A DNA stretch of 64,000 bases. It comes from Saccharolobus islandicus REY15A (lineage in GTDB: Archaea > Thermoproteota > Thermoprotei_A > Sulfolobales > Sulfolobaceae). Shown piece after piece: positions 22,111 to 31,896 of the stretch. The stretch is taken from NCBI RefSeq assembly GCF_000189555.1, contig NC_017276.1; one strand, written 5' to 3'. A program made the position numbers and the translations under genes. The notes beneath the pieces were generated by a model. That model searched no databases. It was not told the origin of the DNA and saw only the letters and a list, made by a program, of their open reading frames with translations. Position 1 is the first letter of the stretch; each line of letters opens with the position of its first letter.

Positions 22111-23040
22111 ATGATTATCTTAACAAGAAAAGATCTAGATGAACTGTTCAAAGCTGAAATAGCCGTAAACTCAGTAAGAGAGGCGTTCAAACTAAATTAT
22201 CAGAAGAAGATAAATCAACCACAACGTTTAGTGATGAGTGTAAAGGGAAATTGGTGGGGTCTAATGCCCTCATCTACTGATTATTCTTTTGTAACCAAAA
22301 TAGTTAACGTTATACCTGAGAACAAAGAAAGAGGTTTACCGTCAGTTCAAGGCGTTGTAATATTGATGTCACCAGATTCCGGAGAAGTTTTAGCGATAAT
22401 TGATGGAACAACATTAACTGCAATAAGAACTGCTGCAGCAAGTGTATTATCAACTGAAATAGCCATAAATGGTAGAAATATTGGCAATTTGGGAATAATA
22501 GGTGCGGGAACTGAAGCGTATTATCACGCCAAGTTAGCCTTAGAGTACTTCAAAGTTCAGAAAATTTACATTTCTGCTAGAAAATCTCACTTCGAATTGG
22601 CTAGGAAAATTGGCGGTGAGGCTACAGATTTAGAGACATTATTGAAGAATTCAGATATCATTTTTGCAACCACTTCATCCAATGTTCCAGTAGTCTTAGG
22701 AAAATATCTAAAGGACGTATTTCATGTATCAAGTATAGGTGCCCATACTCCCGATTCAAGAGAGATAGACGATGATACTATAGTAAAGGTAAAAAGTTAT
22801 ATTGTCGACTCATTGGAAGCGGTTTCTAAAGAGAGCGGTGATTACATTATTCCTAAACAAAGGGGATTATTGGAAAATAAGATGATAAAGGAATTAGGGG
22901 AGATAATAGATAAGGGTATAAAGGTAGAGAGGCCGTCATTATTTAAAACCGTGGGAATTGCAGCTGAGGATAATGTAACTGCCCATATAGCTTACAAAGA
23001 AGCTTCAAAAAGAGGAATTGGAGTTAACGTTTCCATATAA
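22111..23040 (+). CDS. Ornithine cyclodeaminase/mu-crystallin family protein (alanine dehydrogenase-like)
   Basis: [36 protein letters not shown]. Confidence 0.88.
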   Translation: MIILTRKDLDELFKAEIAVNSVREAFKLNYQKKINQPQRLVMSVKGNWWGLMPSSTDYSFVTKIVNVIPENKERGLPSVQGVVILMSPDSGEVLAIIDGTTLTAIRTAAASVLSTEIAINGRNIGNLGIIGAGTEAYYHAKLALEYFKVQKIYISARKSHFELARKIGGEATDLETLLKNSDIIFATTSSNVPVVLGKYLKDVFHVSSIGAHTPDSREIDDDTIVKVKSYIVDSLEAVSKESGDYIIPKQRGLLENKMIKELGEIIDKGIKVERPSLFKTVGIAAEDNVTAHIAYKEASKRGIGVNVSI

Positions 23041-23542
23041 TTTCTTGCACATTCTCTTGCTTATTAACATATAACGCTAAAACAAATAGTAGTGAGGATA
23101 GGCGATTAAGATATTTAACGTGGACGTCCTTTGCCCTATTCCTCTTTAGTAGCTTTACTACACTTCTCTCACTCCTTCTGCATACGGTTCTAGCTAGATG
23201 AAGAAATGAAGATGCGATATGTCCACCAGGCAAAATAAAATTTCTTAACTCTGGTAAACCCTTAGAGAAATTATTGATCTCCTCTTCTATCCATTCTACC
23301 TTATCTTCTTCAAAATTCAAGTTGAACCCTGCAATTTCCGAGGAGAGCGAGAATATGTCTGATTGAACTCTCACTATAATTTCACGGAGTTGTGGATAAA
23401 GGGACGAAATTACACCTAAACTGGCATTTAATTCATCAAGGTCTCCAATAGCATTTACAATATCGTCATCCTTCCAAATCTCACCAACTGAAGGTAATTT
23501 TGTCTTACCCTTATCACCAGTTCCCGTATACCAAACTGTCAT
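23024..23542 (-). CDS. pduO: PduO-type ATP:cob(I)alamin adenosyltransferase
   Basis: [39 protein letters not shown]. Confidence 0.92.
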   Translation of the reverse strand: MTVWYTGTGDKGKTKLPSVGEIWKDDDIVNAIGDLDELNASLGVISSLYPQLREIIVRVQSDIFSLSSEIAGFNLNFEEDKVEWIEEEINNFSKGLPELRNFILPGGHIASSFLHLARTVCRRSERSVVKLLKRNRAKDVHVKYLNRLSSLLFVLALYVNKQENVQEIIWKR

Positions 23543-23554
23543 ATGATGTAATGC

Positions 23555-25072
23555 TCACAAGGAAATTAAAAACCTCGCTAATTCTCTTTCATAAACTGTA
23601 GTGACTAAAACTCCTTCCTTATTTACAATTGCTATTACTGGCTTCTCAGTCTCCCTAAATTTTCTTAGCAGATCTATAATTTTCACGTTATCATATTCTA
23701 TTGGAACTTCTTCCAGTAGCACATCACAAGCTTTAGTATTTTCATATAGTTCTGGATCAATTTCAAGCAGAGTCTGTATTGAAACATAACCAAGTGGTTT
23801 ATTTTCATAATTTACAACAACTATTCCCCTAACGCCTCTTTCACTAATTTTTGAAATTACAGACCTTAAATTCTCTTGACATGTAACGTAAAGTGGTTTT
23901 ATTTGAAGCTTAATTACCTCTTGAGAAAGCTTTACCCTTTTACTCTCTGAAATTTTCTTTCTAGCTTTGTAGCTCATTTGAAAAAGAAGGGGAGCTATTA
24001 ATGCTGAAAGTGAAATCGCTAATATCGAAAACGAGTACATGAATTCGTTTATATATCCTAAAGTTAAACTTGTAAGTAATAATGATGAATCTACTCCCCC
24101 CTTTACACTAGTTGCAATTCCATTTATCTTCCCATCAATTTTTACAACTCTTGATGAAATAAAACCTGCAAGGAATTTAGAAGCAATTATTAATGAGAAA
24201 AAGAGCAAGCCAAAAAGAATAATAATTATATTTAGTTTAGTAACATATAAGCCTATACCCAAAAAGAATAATGGTTCAAAGAATCCATATGTAAATGCAT
24301 GAAGTCTCTCCAGCAATTCGGGCCTGTCTTTTAAATAATTCTTTAGCAATATACCCAAAAAGAAGGCAGATATAGCTGAATTAAACTTGTATAATTCTGA
24401 TAAATAGCCTATAATTAAAATTATTGCAATAAGGGAAGCAAACTCTATTTCTCTAGCCTTAAAATAATACTCTATTTTCTCTAGAATCTTGGCTAAAGTT
24501 CCACCGAACATTATCGTAAATGCGAATACTAAGAAAATTTCAATTATTGTAATCAGAATTTTACCAGTCCTCAAGAATATCGCAAATAATATCACAAAAA
24601 TTATTTCTATTAAGATCACTTGTTGGAAAATTAGGTTAGAAATCCTGTTTTCAGAAATTTCAACATCCATTAACATTCTAGATAATGGACCAGCACTACT
24701 CATCGCCAATGGAGCTACGAGAATTAGGGAGTCCTTTGAGTCTACAACATAGAGCGCAACTAGTACTACCGAAAATGGTATAATTGACTCTAATATTACT
24801 GCTAGAAATATGTTAGCATTAGGTCTATTTTCCACGTCGAACTCTTCAGCTCCAGCCAAGAATAATAGAAAAATTATACCAAGAGATGTAATAAACGAGA
24901 TAATCTCATTAATCTGTATAACTCCGAATACACCATTTCCAAGTAGAATACCCATTAATATAGGACCAACAAAAGTTACTAAACCAATTCTCCTAAATAT
25001 TTCCTCAGATATCTTGGCAGCTATCAACATTATTCCTAGATACAATAGTGAAATCAGAAGTATTGATACCAT
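23555..25072 (-). CDS. Cation:proton antiporter (CPA2) with C-terminal CBS pair
   Basis: About 12 hydrophobic segments, FFEPLFF, CBS motifs (RGIVVVNYENKPLG, AIVNKEGVLV). Confidence 0.85.
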   Translation of the reverse strand: MVSILLISLLYLGIMLIAAKISEEIFRRIGLVTFVGPILMGILLGNGVFGVIQINEIISFITSLGIIFLLFLAGAEEFDVENRPNANIFLAVILESIIPFSVVLVALYVVDSKDSLILVAPLAMSSAGPLSRMLMDVEISENRISNLIFQQVILIEIIFVILFAIFLRTGKILITIIEIFLVFAFTIMFGGTLAKILEKIEYYFKAREIEFASLIAIILIIGYLSELYKFNSAISAFFLGILLKNYLKDRPELLERLHAFTYGFFEPLFFLGIGLYVTKLNIIIILFGLLFFSLIIASKFLAGFISSRVVKIDGKINGIATSVKGGVDSSLLLTSLTLGYINEFMYSFSILAISLSALIAPLLFQMSYKARKKISESKRVKLSQEVIKLQIKPLYVTCQENLRSVISKISERGVRGIVVVNYENKPLGYVSIQTLLEIDPELYENTKACDVLLEEVPIEYDNVKIIDLLRKFRETEKPVIAIVNKEGVLVTTVYERELARFLISL

Positions 25073-25141
25073 AGTAAGGTAAGTAATACCATATTATTAA
25101 GAGTTTATCCTTTTGAGACTTAACTCCACTATATATCATAC

Positions 25142-26017
25142 GTGAAACTTGAGCTGGGTTCTCCACCAGAATCTGGAGATCTTTATAACGCATTCATAAA
25201 CGCGTTAGTTTTAGCAGGGGCCGGAAATGGAACTATTAAGCTTTACTCCACCGCAGTAAAGGACTTCTTGGACTTTATAAATAAGGATCCTAGAAAGGTT
25301 ACTAGCGAAGATTTAAACAAATGGATTTCTAATCTGTTAAACAGAGAGGGTAAGGTTAAAGGAGATGAGGTGGAAAAAAGGAGAGCTAAGAGTGTTACAA
25401 TTAGATATTATATAATTGCAGTGAGAAGATTCCTTAAATGGCTTAACGTTTCTGTAAAGCCACCTATTCCTAAAGTAAGGAGAAAAGAAGTTAAAGCTCT
25501 AGATGAGAGTCAAATTCAGAAAGTTCTTAACATGTGCAAGAGAACTAAGGATAAATTAATAATAAGATTATTATTAGATACTGGCTTGCGTGCAAATGAA
25601 CTACTATCGGTATTAGTAAAGGATGTGGATTTGGAAAATAACATGATTAGAGTCAGGAATACTAAGAATGGTGAGGAAAGAGTAGTTTTCTTTACCGATG
25701 AGACTAAGCAACTGTTGAGAAAATACATGAAGGGAAAGAAACTTGATGAGAAGTTATTTGATATAACTTACGATGCTTTATATAGAAAGCTAAAGAGATT
25801 AGGCAATAAGGTTGAAATTGAGTTAAGACCACACATTTTAAGGCACACCTTCGCTACGTTATCACTAAAAAGGGGAATTAATGTAATAACGTTGCAAAAG
25901 CTTCTAGGACATAAGGATATAAAAACAACCCAAATTTATACACATCTAGTTTTAGACGACTTAAGGAATGAATACCTTAAGGCAATGTCAAGCTCTTCCA
26001 GTAAAACGCCACTTTAA
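25142..26017 (+). CDS. xerA: Tyrosine recombinase XerA
   Basis: LLDTGLRANE (R), TKNG (K), HILRH (HxxR), LGH, TQIY (Y); stand-alone, with no mobile-element context. Confidence 0.88.
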   Translation: MKLELGSPPESGDLYNAFINALVLAGAGNGTIKLYSTAVKDFLDFINKDPRKVTSEDLNKWISNLLNREGKVKGDEVEKRRAKSVTIRYYIIAVRRFLKWLNVSVKPPIPKVRRKEVKALDESQIQKVLNMCKRTKDKLIIRLLLDTGLRANELLSVLVKDVDLENNMIRVRNTKNGEERVVFFTDETKQLLRKYMKGKKLDEKLFDITYDALYRKLKRLGNKVEIELRPHILRHTFATLSLKRGINVITLQKLLGHKDIKTTQIYTHLVLDDLRNEYLKAMSSSSSKTPL

Positions 26018-26956
26018 CATTTCACTAACATATGACGCCAAATCTCTAATGCTATTGAATGAAGCAGTTTGTAAATGTAAGTATTCAAATTTAGCTTGGT
26101 TTTCTAGCATTTTCTGCTGTAATTCCTTCACTTTTTTAGATTGCAATATCTTATTTAGCGGTTTTTCGGCTACATTACCCACTATGTCCCCATTTATATC
26201 ATCTGGGTAAGGTAAGTCACCATTAGGATATATTGTTATTGCGTAACTTACCACCCTTTTGGGTATCTTGCCTATTATGGCATTTATGAATCCCCACGAG
26301 TTATTTAAAGTGGAACCATACTTTCTCTTGAGATCGTATAATACTTTATAAAATTCATACGGATCTGGTGCTAACTTTACCTTCGAATTGGGGTAATCTA
26401 CTGCTGGCATTGCAAGAATCTTGTATCCACATTCTGCGACCTTTCTAACTTTTTCCTCCAATTTATGGAGGTTATATCTGGTAACTACAGTTTGAACGTT
26501 AACCTTAAGACCATATTGTCTAAATCTACATAAATTGTCTAACTCCTTTACATTCCAATGATATTCATCTATTGAGTAGTGCAAGAAGTCTATCTTGTCT
26601 GCTAATTTGGTGAGGAAATTCTCATCTTTAAGCCTATAACCATTGGTTGTGAGCATAACGTAAAAGGATCCATCGTGTGCGTATTCTAAAAGATCTAAAA
26701 TGTCTGGCCTATAAGTTGGCTCTCCACCTTCAAACGATAAAACAACTATTGACGAATTCCTCAAATTGTCTATTATCTTTTTCACTCTTTCTGTACTTCC
26801 CTCTCCCAATTCCCCAGAGTAATATGATGGAGAACAAAACGTACATCTCAAATTACATCTGGATGTTACCTTGAATGTTGCATATGCGGGATTAAAAGGA
26901 TCCTTGAGAATTTGAGTGATAATAAACCATTTTATGGCTTTTAGATCCTTATTCAT
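25988..26956 (-). CDS. Radical SAM protein with a degenerate SPASM/Twitch-like tail
   Basis: CNLRCTFC, SFEGGEPT, LTTNG. Confidence 0.88.
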   Translation of the reverse strand: MNKDLKAIKWFIITQILKDPFNPAYATFKVTSRCNLRCTFCSPSYYSGELGEGSTERVKKIIDNLRNSSIVVLSFEGGEPTYRPDILDLLEYAHDGSFYVMLTTNGYRLKDENFLTKLADKIDFLHYSIDEYHWNVKELDNLCRFRQYGLKVNVQTVVTRYNLHKLEEKVRKVAECGYKILAMPAVDYPNSKVKLAPDPYEFYKVLYDLKRKYGSTLNNSWGFINAIIGKIPKRVVSYAITIYPNGDLPYPDDINGDIVGNVAEKPLNKILQSKKVKELQQKMLENQAKFEYLHLQTASFNSIRDLASYVSEMLKWRFTGRA

Positions 26957-27462
26957 AATTTTAATAACCTCCTTGTATGCTTTAAATATTCTTCAGCATT
27001 TTCATCAATTATTGTAATCTCATTTTCTCTTAACTTCTTGATAACCTTTGCGGGAACTCCAACTGCTACGGTATAGGGAGGGATAACAGTACCTTGAGTA
27101 ACCACAGACCCAGCTCCAATAATTGAGTATTCCCCAACTTGAGATCCATTAAGTAATATTGCCCCCATTCCCACAATAACGTGTGATGAAACTTTAGCAC
27201 CATGAATAACAGCGTTATGTCCAATTGTGACTTTATCACCAATTTCAACTGGATATCCATAATCTGTGTGGATTGTAGTATTCTCTTGCACGTTAGATTC
27301 CTTGCCAATTCTTATACTATCATTATCTCCCCTAATCACAACATAATGCCATATACTAGTCAACTCACCTATTTCTACATCACCTATGATATAAGAAGTA
27401 GGATGTATGTACGCTTTCTGAGAAACCTTTGGGGTTTTACCTAAATATTCTTCTATTGGCAT
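26953..27462 (-). CDS. Gamma-class carbonic anhydrase family protein
   Basis: IRGD, NVQENTTIH, VTIGHNAVIHG hexapeptide repeats. Confidence 0.92.
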   Translation of the reverse strand: MPIEEYLGKTPKVSQKAYIHPTSYIIGDVEIGELTSIWHYVVIRGDNDSIRIGKESNVQENTTIHTDYGYPVEIGDKVTIGHNAVIHGAKVSSHVIVGMGAILLNGSQVGEYSIIGAGSVVTQGTVIPPYTVAVGVPAKVIKKLRENEITIIDENAEEYLKHTRRLLKL

Positions 27463-27473
27463 ATATAGAATTT

Positions 27474-28493
27474 TTAGCCTTTCTTTATTAGCTTAGCTAT
27501 GAAAAAACCGGTAATTTCGTGAATATGGGGATGAAATCTAATCTCGTATTCTACTGAAAATCTAGGATCATTTATAACCTTCTCGTTCTCCCATGTCGTT
27601 ACAGTACAAGTAGAATAAATTACCACACCATTTTTCTTTAAAATCTTATAAGCGGAATTTAGGAATTGCTTCTGATATTTATGGAAATTAAGTATATCTT
27701 GTTCAGTTTTCTTATCGTATAATTTAGGTCTTATCCCCAACGCTGAACATGGGGGATCAATAATCACTTTATCGACATCCCTTATATTATAATCCTCGTA
27801 AAGATATCTTGAATCTGCCTTGTATATTTCTATTCTCATTCCCATCTTATTTACTAAATCCCGTAATTTCTCTACCTTCTTCTCAGTATGATCAAAACCA
27901 ATAAGCTTAACTCTAGGCTCTAACTGATAAATATGAGTTAATTTCCCACCGGCATATGCAGTCATATCTACGATTTTCTCATTAGGCTGTGGATCAAGTA
28001 AATGAGCAACGTACATCGATGCCTTACCTTGAACGTATATTAGTCCATTCTTCAACTCTGATAAATCAGCTAATTTAGGAGAAGTGTATAAGGAATTCGT
28101 AACCTCTACTATCAAATCAGTATTCGTACCATAGTATTTACCCTCAGCTACTGGTATCTCATGATCACTATAAACTGTAACCATTTTATCCTTGGGATCA
28201 TTAATTACAACCCTCTTCAGACCCGGTTTGTAAACGTTAGCACCTAGCATAACGCTCTCAGCAGTTTTCTTATCTACAATAACCTTATTTTGACGAATGT
28301 TAATCTCATTTGGTCCTTTTATCTCAGTGTAAATTGCCTCTTTGAAATCTTCGTCTAACTTAAAATGTGGAAGCTTTTCCAGTATACTTTCTACAGAGGT
28401 CTTTAGGGTATTCACCCTAACGTATAATCTAGGATTCGGCTTCCTTATGGCATCTAGGAAGTCATTTAAGTATTCACCATATACTTCTTTCAA
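27474..28493 (-). CDS. RsmB/NOP2 (NSUN6-like) RNA m5C methyltransferase with PUA domain
   Basis: PUA-like GANVYKPG, DMTAYAGGK, DPPCSALG, YSTCT. Confidence 0.88.
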   Translation of the reverse strand: MKEVYGEYLNDFLDAIRKPNPRLYVRVNTLKTSVESILEKLPHFKLDEDFKEAIYTEIKGPNEINIRQNKVIVDKKTAESVMLGANVYKPGLKRVVINDPKDKMVTVYSDHEIPVAEGKYYGTNTDLIVEVTNSLYTSPKLADLSELKNGLIYVQGKASMYVAHLLDPQPNEKIVDMTAYAGGKLTHIYQLEPRVKLIGFDHTEKKVEKLRDLVNKMGMRIEIYKADSRYLYEDYNIRDVDKVIIDPPCSALGIRPKLYDKKTEQDILNFHKYQKQFLNSAYKILKKNGVVIYSTCTVTTWENEKVINDPRFSVEYEIRFHPHIHEITGFFIAKLIKKG

Positions 28494-28501
28494 ATCGCTA
28501 A

Positions 28502-29380
28502 TTACGAATTTATCGTACTCCAGAATACCTTAGCACCCTCATTATTTGGTTCAGATATAAACCCATCAAATCTTGAAATTAACTCCTCACCCTCCCTTTT
28601 AGAGCTAACGAATGTATAGACAGCAGGGCCAAAGGAGGAAAGGCCCGCAGGAAAACCAATTTTAGCCATATCATTCATAAGTTTTTTGACCTCATCAGCT
28701 TGCAAAGAGACCTCAACTTTCTTAAATCCCAAATTTTGTATTAACGAGATCGCATCTAGTGTCCCTTCTAAATCTTTTTCTGCAACTGATGGAATTAACT
28801 CCATTAAGACTACTCTCGCTAAAGTGTCTAATCCCTCCAGTTTAGCCTCCTTAAATGCCTTAATCTCATCCTTACCAAATATTCTTCTACCACCCTTAAG
28901 TACATTAACGTAAATATACCAGGGAAAATTTAGCCTAGCTATTAATGGGGGAGGAGGAGCAGAGGAGAAATCCGATGGCAGTAGCTCCCTTTTTACTTTA
29001 GTGGAATGCCCACCATCTACTATAAAACCCCCATAATCGAAGGCGTAAACTCCGACTCCGGATGTTCCACCTCGTTTTACCAATTTGGCTAGTTCATATG
29101 AGCTGAGTCTCTTAAAATTATACTCAGCGGATAGCTTAGCTACTGATAACAGATATTGTGTAGTATGACCAAGTCCTATATGCTCTTCAAAGTCCTCCTC
29201 TATACACATTTTAGGGACCTCAAAGGGTAAAGAGACTTCAAGCTTGAAACAATTGCCACTCCTAACCACTATCCTAGGATATTTTAAGGCGACTCCTACC
29301 CCACCATCAATTCTGCCATATTTCCCCTCAAGGTCAAACAACGTAATGTGAATGCGTGAAAGCCCAATAATCTTTATCAT
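28502..29380 (-). CDS. Beta-ribofuranosylaminobenzene 5'-phosphate synthase family (MptG-like)
   Basis: RIHITLFDLEG..GRIDGGVG, HIGLGHTTQ, RGGTSGVG, GGFIVDGGH, SSFGP. Confidence 0.88.
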   Translation of the reverse strand: MIKIIGLSRIHITLFDLEGKYGRIDGGVGVALKYPRIVVRSGNCFKLEVSLPFEVPKMCIEEDFEEHIGLGHTTQYLLSVAKLSAEYNFKRLSSYELAKLVKRGGTSGVGVYAFDYGGFIVDGGHSTKVKRELLPSDFSSAPPPPLIARLNFPWYIYVNVLKGGRRIFGKDEIKAFKEAKLEGLDTLARVVLMELIPSVAEKDLEGTLDAISLIQNLGFKKVEVSLQADEVKKLMNDMAKIGFPAGLSSFGPAVYTFVSSKREGEELISRFDGFISEPNNEGAKVFWSTINS

Positions 29381-29398
29381 AAGAATTAATAAGATTGT

Positions 29399-30781
29399 AT
29401 GATAAAAAAGGAAACTGTGAGTCTAGCAACGTTACTTTATAAGTGGTATAAAGAAACTCCTTCAAAAACCTTTTTAATTGATAAAAATCACTCAATTACT
29501 TACGAACAAGCTGCAAGAGAGGTAGCATACGTTGCTTCCAATATCTCACCTGGAGATACTGTAGTTCATGTGATGACTAATTCCCTTCAGTCAGTAATTA
29601 ACTACTTGGCAATATATTGGGCTGGGGGAAAGGTAGTTGCGGTTGATCCATTAACTTCAGCAGAAGATTTAAAGTTCATTTTGGATGACTCAAATCCTGA
29701 TCTAATAATAACCGACGAGGAAATACATAAGAGAGAATACGATGTTCTCAAATCGTATAAGGTTATAGTCAATAAGAAGGGAAAAGACATTTTTACAAAA
29801 CCATACGAGTATAGAGAAGACGAGGTAGGCCTAATTTACTATTATGCTGGAATAGCAGGAAGGACGATGCAAGTATTGCATAGTGCTAGTAGGGTTGAAC
29901 TTAATTCTGCAACGCTTTACAATGCGATTAACCTTAAAGAGATTAGGGGAATACTAACAGTCCCTATAGCTCACGTCTTAGGAAATAGCGTGTTAGGTGT
30001 TACCCTGGAAGCTGGAGGAACGCTATATGTTATGGGTAAGTTTAACGTAAATGAAGCCATTGAAAGTATAAATAAATATAACATTAACTACCTATCAACT
30101 GTTCCAACTGTTTACGATTACTTGAATAACGAGGAAAAAAGGAAATTAGATAGTTTAGAATTATGTGTAAGCTCTGCTGCTCCGTTGTTTCCATCAACCG
30201 TAAACACCTTTAAGAGTAAGTACGGAAAGGATATTGTTCAACAGTATGGTTTTACTGAAGGTTTAATTATAACTTTCCAGCCCAAGGAACTGGCCGGTGT
30301 AATTTCAATAGGAAAACCCTTGCCGGGCGTTGAAATAAAGATAGTAGATAACGAGGGGAAGGAGAATAATGAAGGGGAGTTGTGGGTTAAGGCTCCTTGG
30401 CTAATGTTAGGATATAAGGATAGAGAGGAGACAGCTCGAGCGTTTAATGAGGGATGGCTAAGAACGGGTGATTTAGTTAGGATTGATGAAAAGGGCCTAT
30501 TGTATTTTAGAGGAATTAAAAAGAGGATGCTAAAATTTAAGGGATATCCGATATTTCCGAGAGATTTAGAGGAAATCTTGAAGACTCATCCACTGGTGGA
30601 AGACGTGAAAGTTATAGGAGAAGACGCTGGAAATCTAGGACAACAACCTGTTGCCTTGGTTAAGGTAAAGGAGCTCAAGACTGGGATTGAAGATGAATTA
30701 CTTAATTATGTAAATTCTAGGGTAGCTTTTTATAAGAGATTGAAGAAAGTTTATGTGGTAGATAGGATTGAGCGAAATTGA
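29399..30781 (+). CDS. Acyl-CoA synthetase / AMP-binding enzyme
   Basis: QYGFTE, GELWVK, WLRTGDL; P-loop region is divergent (YYAGIAG). Confidence 0.85.
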   Translation: MIKKETVSLATLLYKWYKETPSKTFLIDKNHSITYEQAAREVAYVASNISPGDTVVHVMTNSLQSVINYLAIYWAGGKVVAVDPLTSAEDLKFILDDSNPDLIITDEEIHKREYDVLKSYKVIVNKKGKDIFTKPYEYREDEVGLIYYYAGIAGRTMQVLHSASRVELNSATLYNAINLKEIRGILTVPIAHVLGNSVLGVTLEAGGTLYVMGKFNVNEAIESINKYNINYLSTVPTVYDYLNNEEKRKLDSLELCVSSAAPLFPSTVNTFKSKYGKDIVQQYGFTEGLIITFQPKELAGVISIGKPLPGVEIKIVDNEGKENNEGELWVKAPWLMLGYKDREETARAFNEGWLRTGDLVRIDEKGLLYFRGIKKRMLKFKGYPIFPRDLEEILKTHPLVEDVKVIGEDAGNLGQQPVALVKVKELKTGIEDELLNYVNSRVAFYKRLKKVYVVDRIERN

Positions 30782-31169
30782 TTCATTAATTAGGGAAGTT
30801 GCTGAAAGGTTGCAAAAGAAGGCTGAGGAGTATGGTAAAAAGAAGGAGGATGCTACCTTAGTCTTAACTGAAGAGAACTTCGATGAAGTAATTAGAAATA
30901 ATAAGTTAGTTTTAGTAGATTGCTGGGCAGAATGGTGCGCTCCATGCCACCTTTATGAACCAATTTACAAAAAAGTTGCTGAAAAGTATAAAGGTAAAGC
31001 AGTTTTTGGAAGATTAAATGTTGATGAGAATCAAAAGATTGCAGATAAGTATAGTGTACTTAACATACCTACTACGTTAATTTTCGTTAATGGTCAATTA
31101 GTTGACTCTTTAGTTGGGGCTGTTGATGAAGATACTTTAGAGAGTACTATAAATAAATACTTAGAATGA
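30768..31169 (+). CDS. trxA: Thioredoxin
   Basis: WAEWCAPC active site, IPT motif. Confidence 0.92.
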   Translation: MSEIDSLIREVAERLQKKAEEYGKKKEDATLVLTEENFDEVIRNNKLVLVDCWAEWCAPCHLYEPIYKKVAEKYKGKAVFGRLNVDENQKIADKYSVLNIPTTLIFVNGQLVDSLVGAVDEDTLESTINKYLE

Positions 31170-31774
31170 TTGAGGTATATGTAAAAAAGAGATTACAGGC
31201 TTTTTTGTTAAATGTTAACTTTTCTGAAAAAGGTATAATTGCAATTACTGGTAAAAATGGTAGTGGGAAAAGCACATTATTAAACGTGATAGCCGGAATT
31301 TTAAAACCAGACGAAGGGTATGTTAAATTAAATAACATAGATATTACAAATTTACCCATTAATAAGAGAAACATTGTATTAGTAACTCCAGAAAGTTATA
31401 TTCCCACATTGGACTTAAAGAAACATCTGACATGGGGAGCTAAACTAAAGGGAAGAAAAGTAGATGATAAAGAAATAATGGAGTTAGCTAAATTACTCGA
31501 AGTTCCAGATGAGAATAAAAAAGTAGGTAATTTGAGCTTAGGAAATAAAGAGAAAGTGTCATTAGTTACAGCTATTTTAACAAAACCTAATCTAATTTTG
31601 GTTGATGAAGGATTCAGCAATATCTCAGAAAAGGAACATTTTATTAATATTTATGTGGATTTATGTAAAAAGAATCAAATAGAACTAATTTATGTTACTC
31701 AAGATACTGAGGATGCAAAATTTTCCGATCATCATTACGTGATGAATAATGGCTCTCTACATAAAGTTTTTTAA
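31166..31774 (+). CDS. ABC-type ATP-binding protein
   Basis: Walker A GKNGSGKS, degenerate signature LSLGN, Walker B ILVDE. Confidence 0.85.
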   Translation: MIEVYVKKRLQAFLLNVNFSEKGIIAITGKNGSGKSTLLNVIAGILKPDEGYVKLNNIDITNLPINKRNIVLVTPESYIPTLDLKKHLTWGAKLKGRKVDDKEIMELAKLLEVPDENKKVGNLSLGNKEKVSLVTAILTKPNLILVDEGFSNISEKEHFINIYVDLCKKNQIELIYVTQDTEDAKFSDHHYVMNNGSLHKVF

Positions 31775-31896
31775 AAGGTTTATAAGATAATTGAAAGATT
31801 TTGAGAAATCTCATGTGAAATCCTACATAAGAATGTGAAAACTTTCTATGATAATATCTAGGAATCTTTTTAAACTATATATGAGTAGCCACATAC

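Noticed and set aside
25073-25141. dif site next to xerA
   Set aside because: No convincing 11-6-11 inverted repeat found by eye.
25142-26017. xerA as the integrase of an integrated element or as the missing IntC
   Set aside because: It is a full-length XerA-type gene among housekeeping genes, with no att duplication or cargo.
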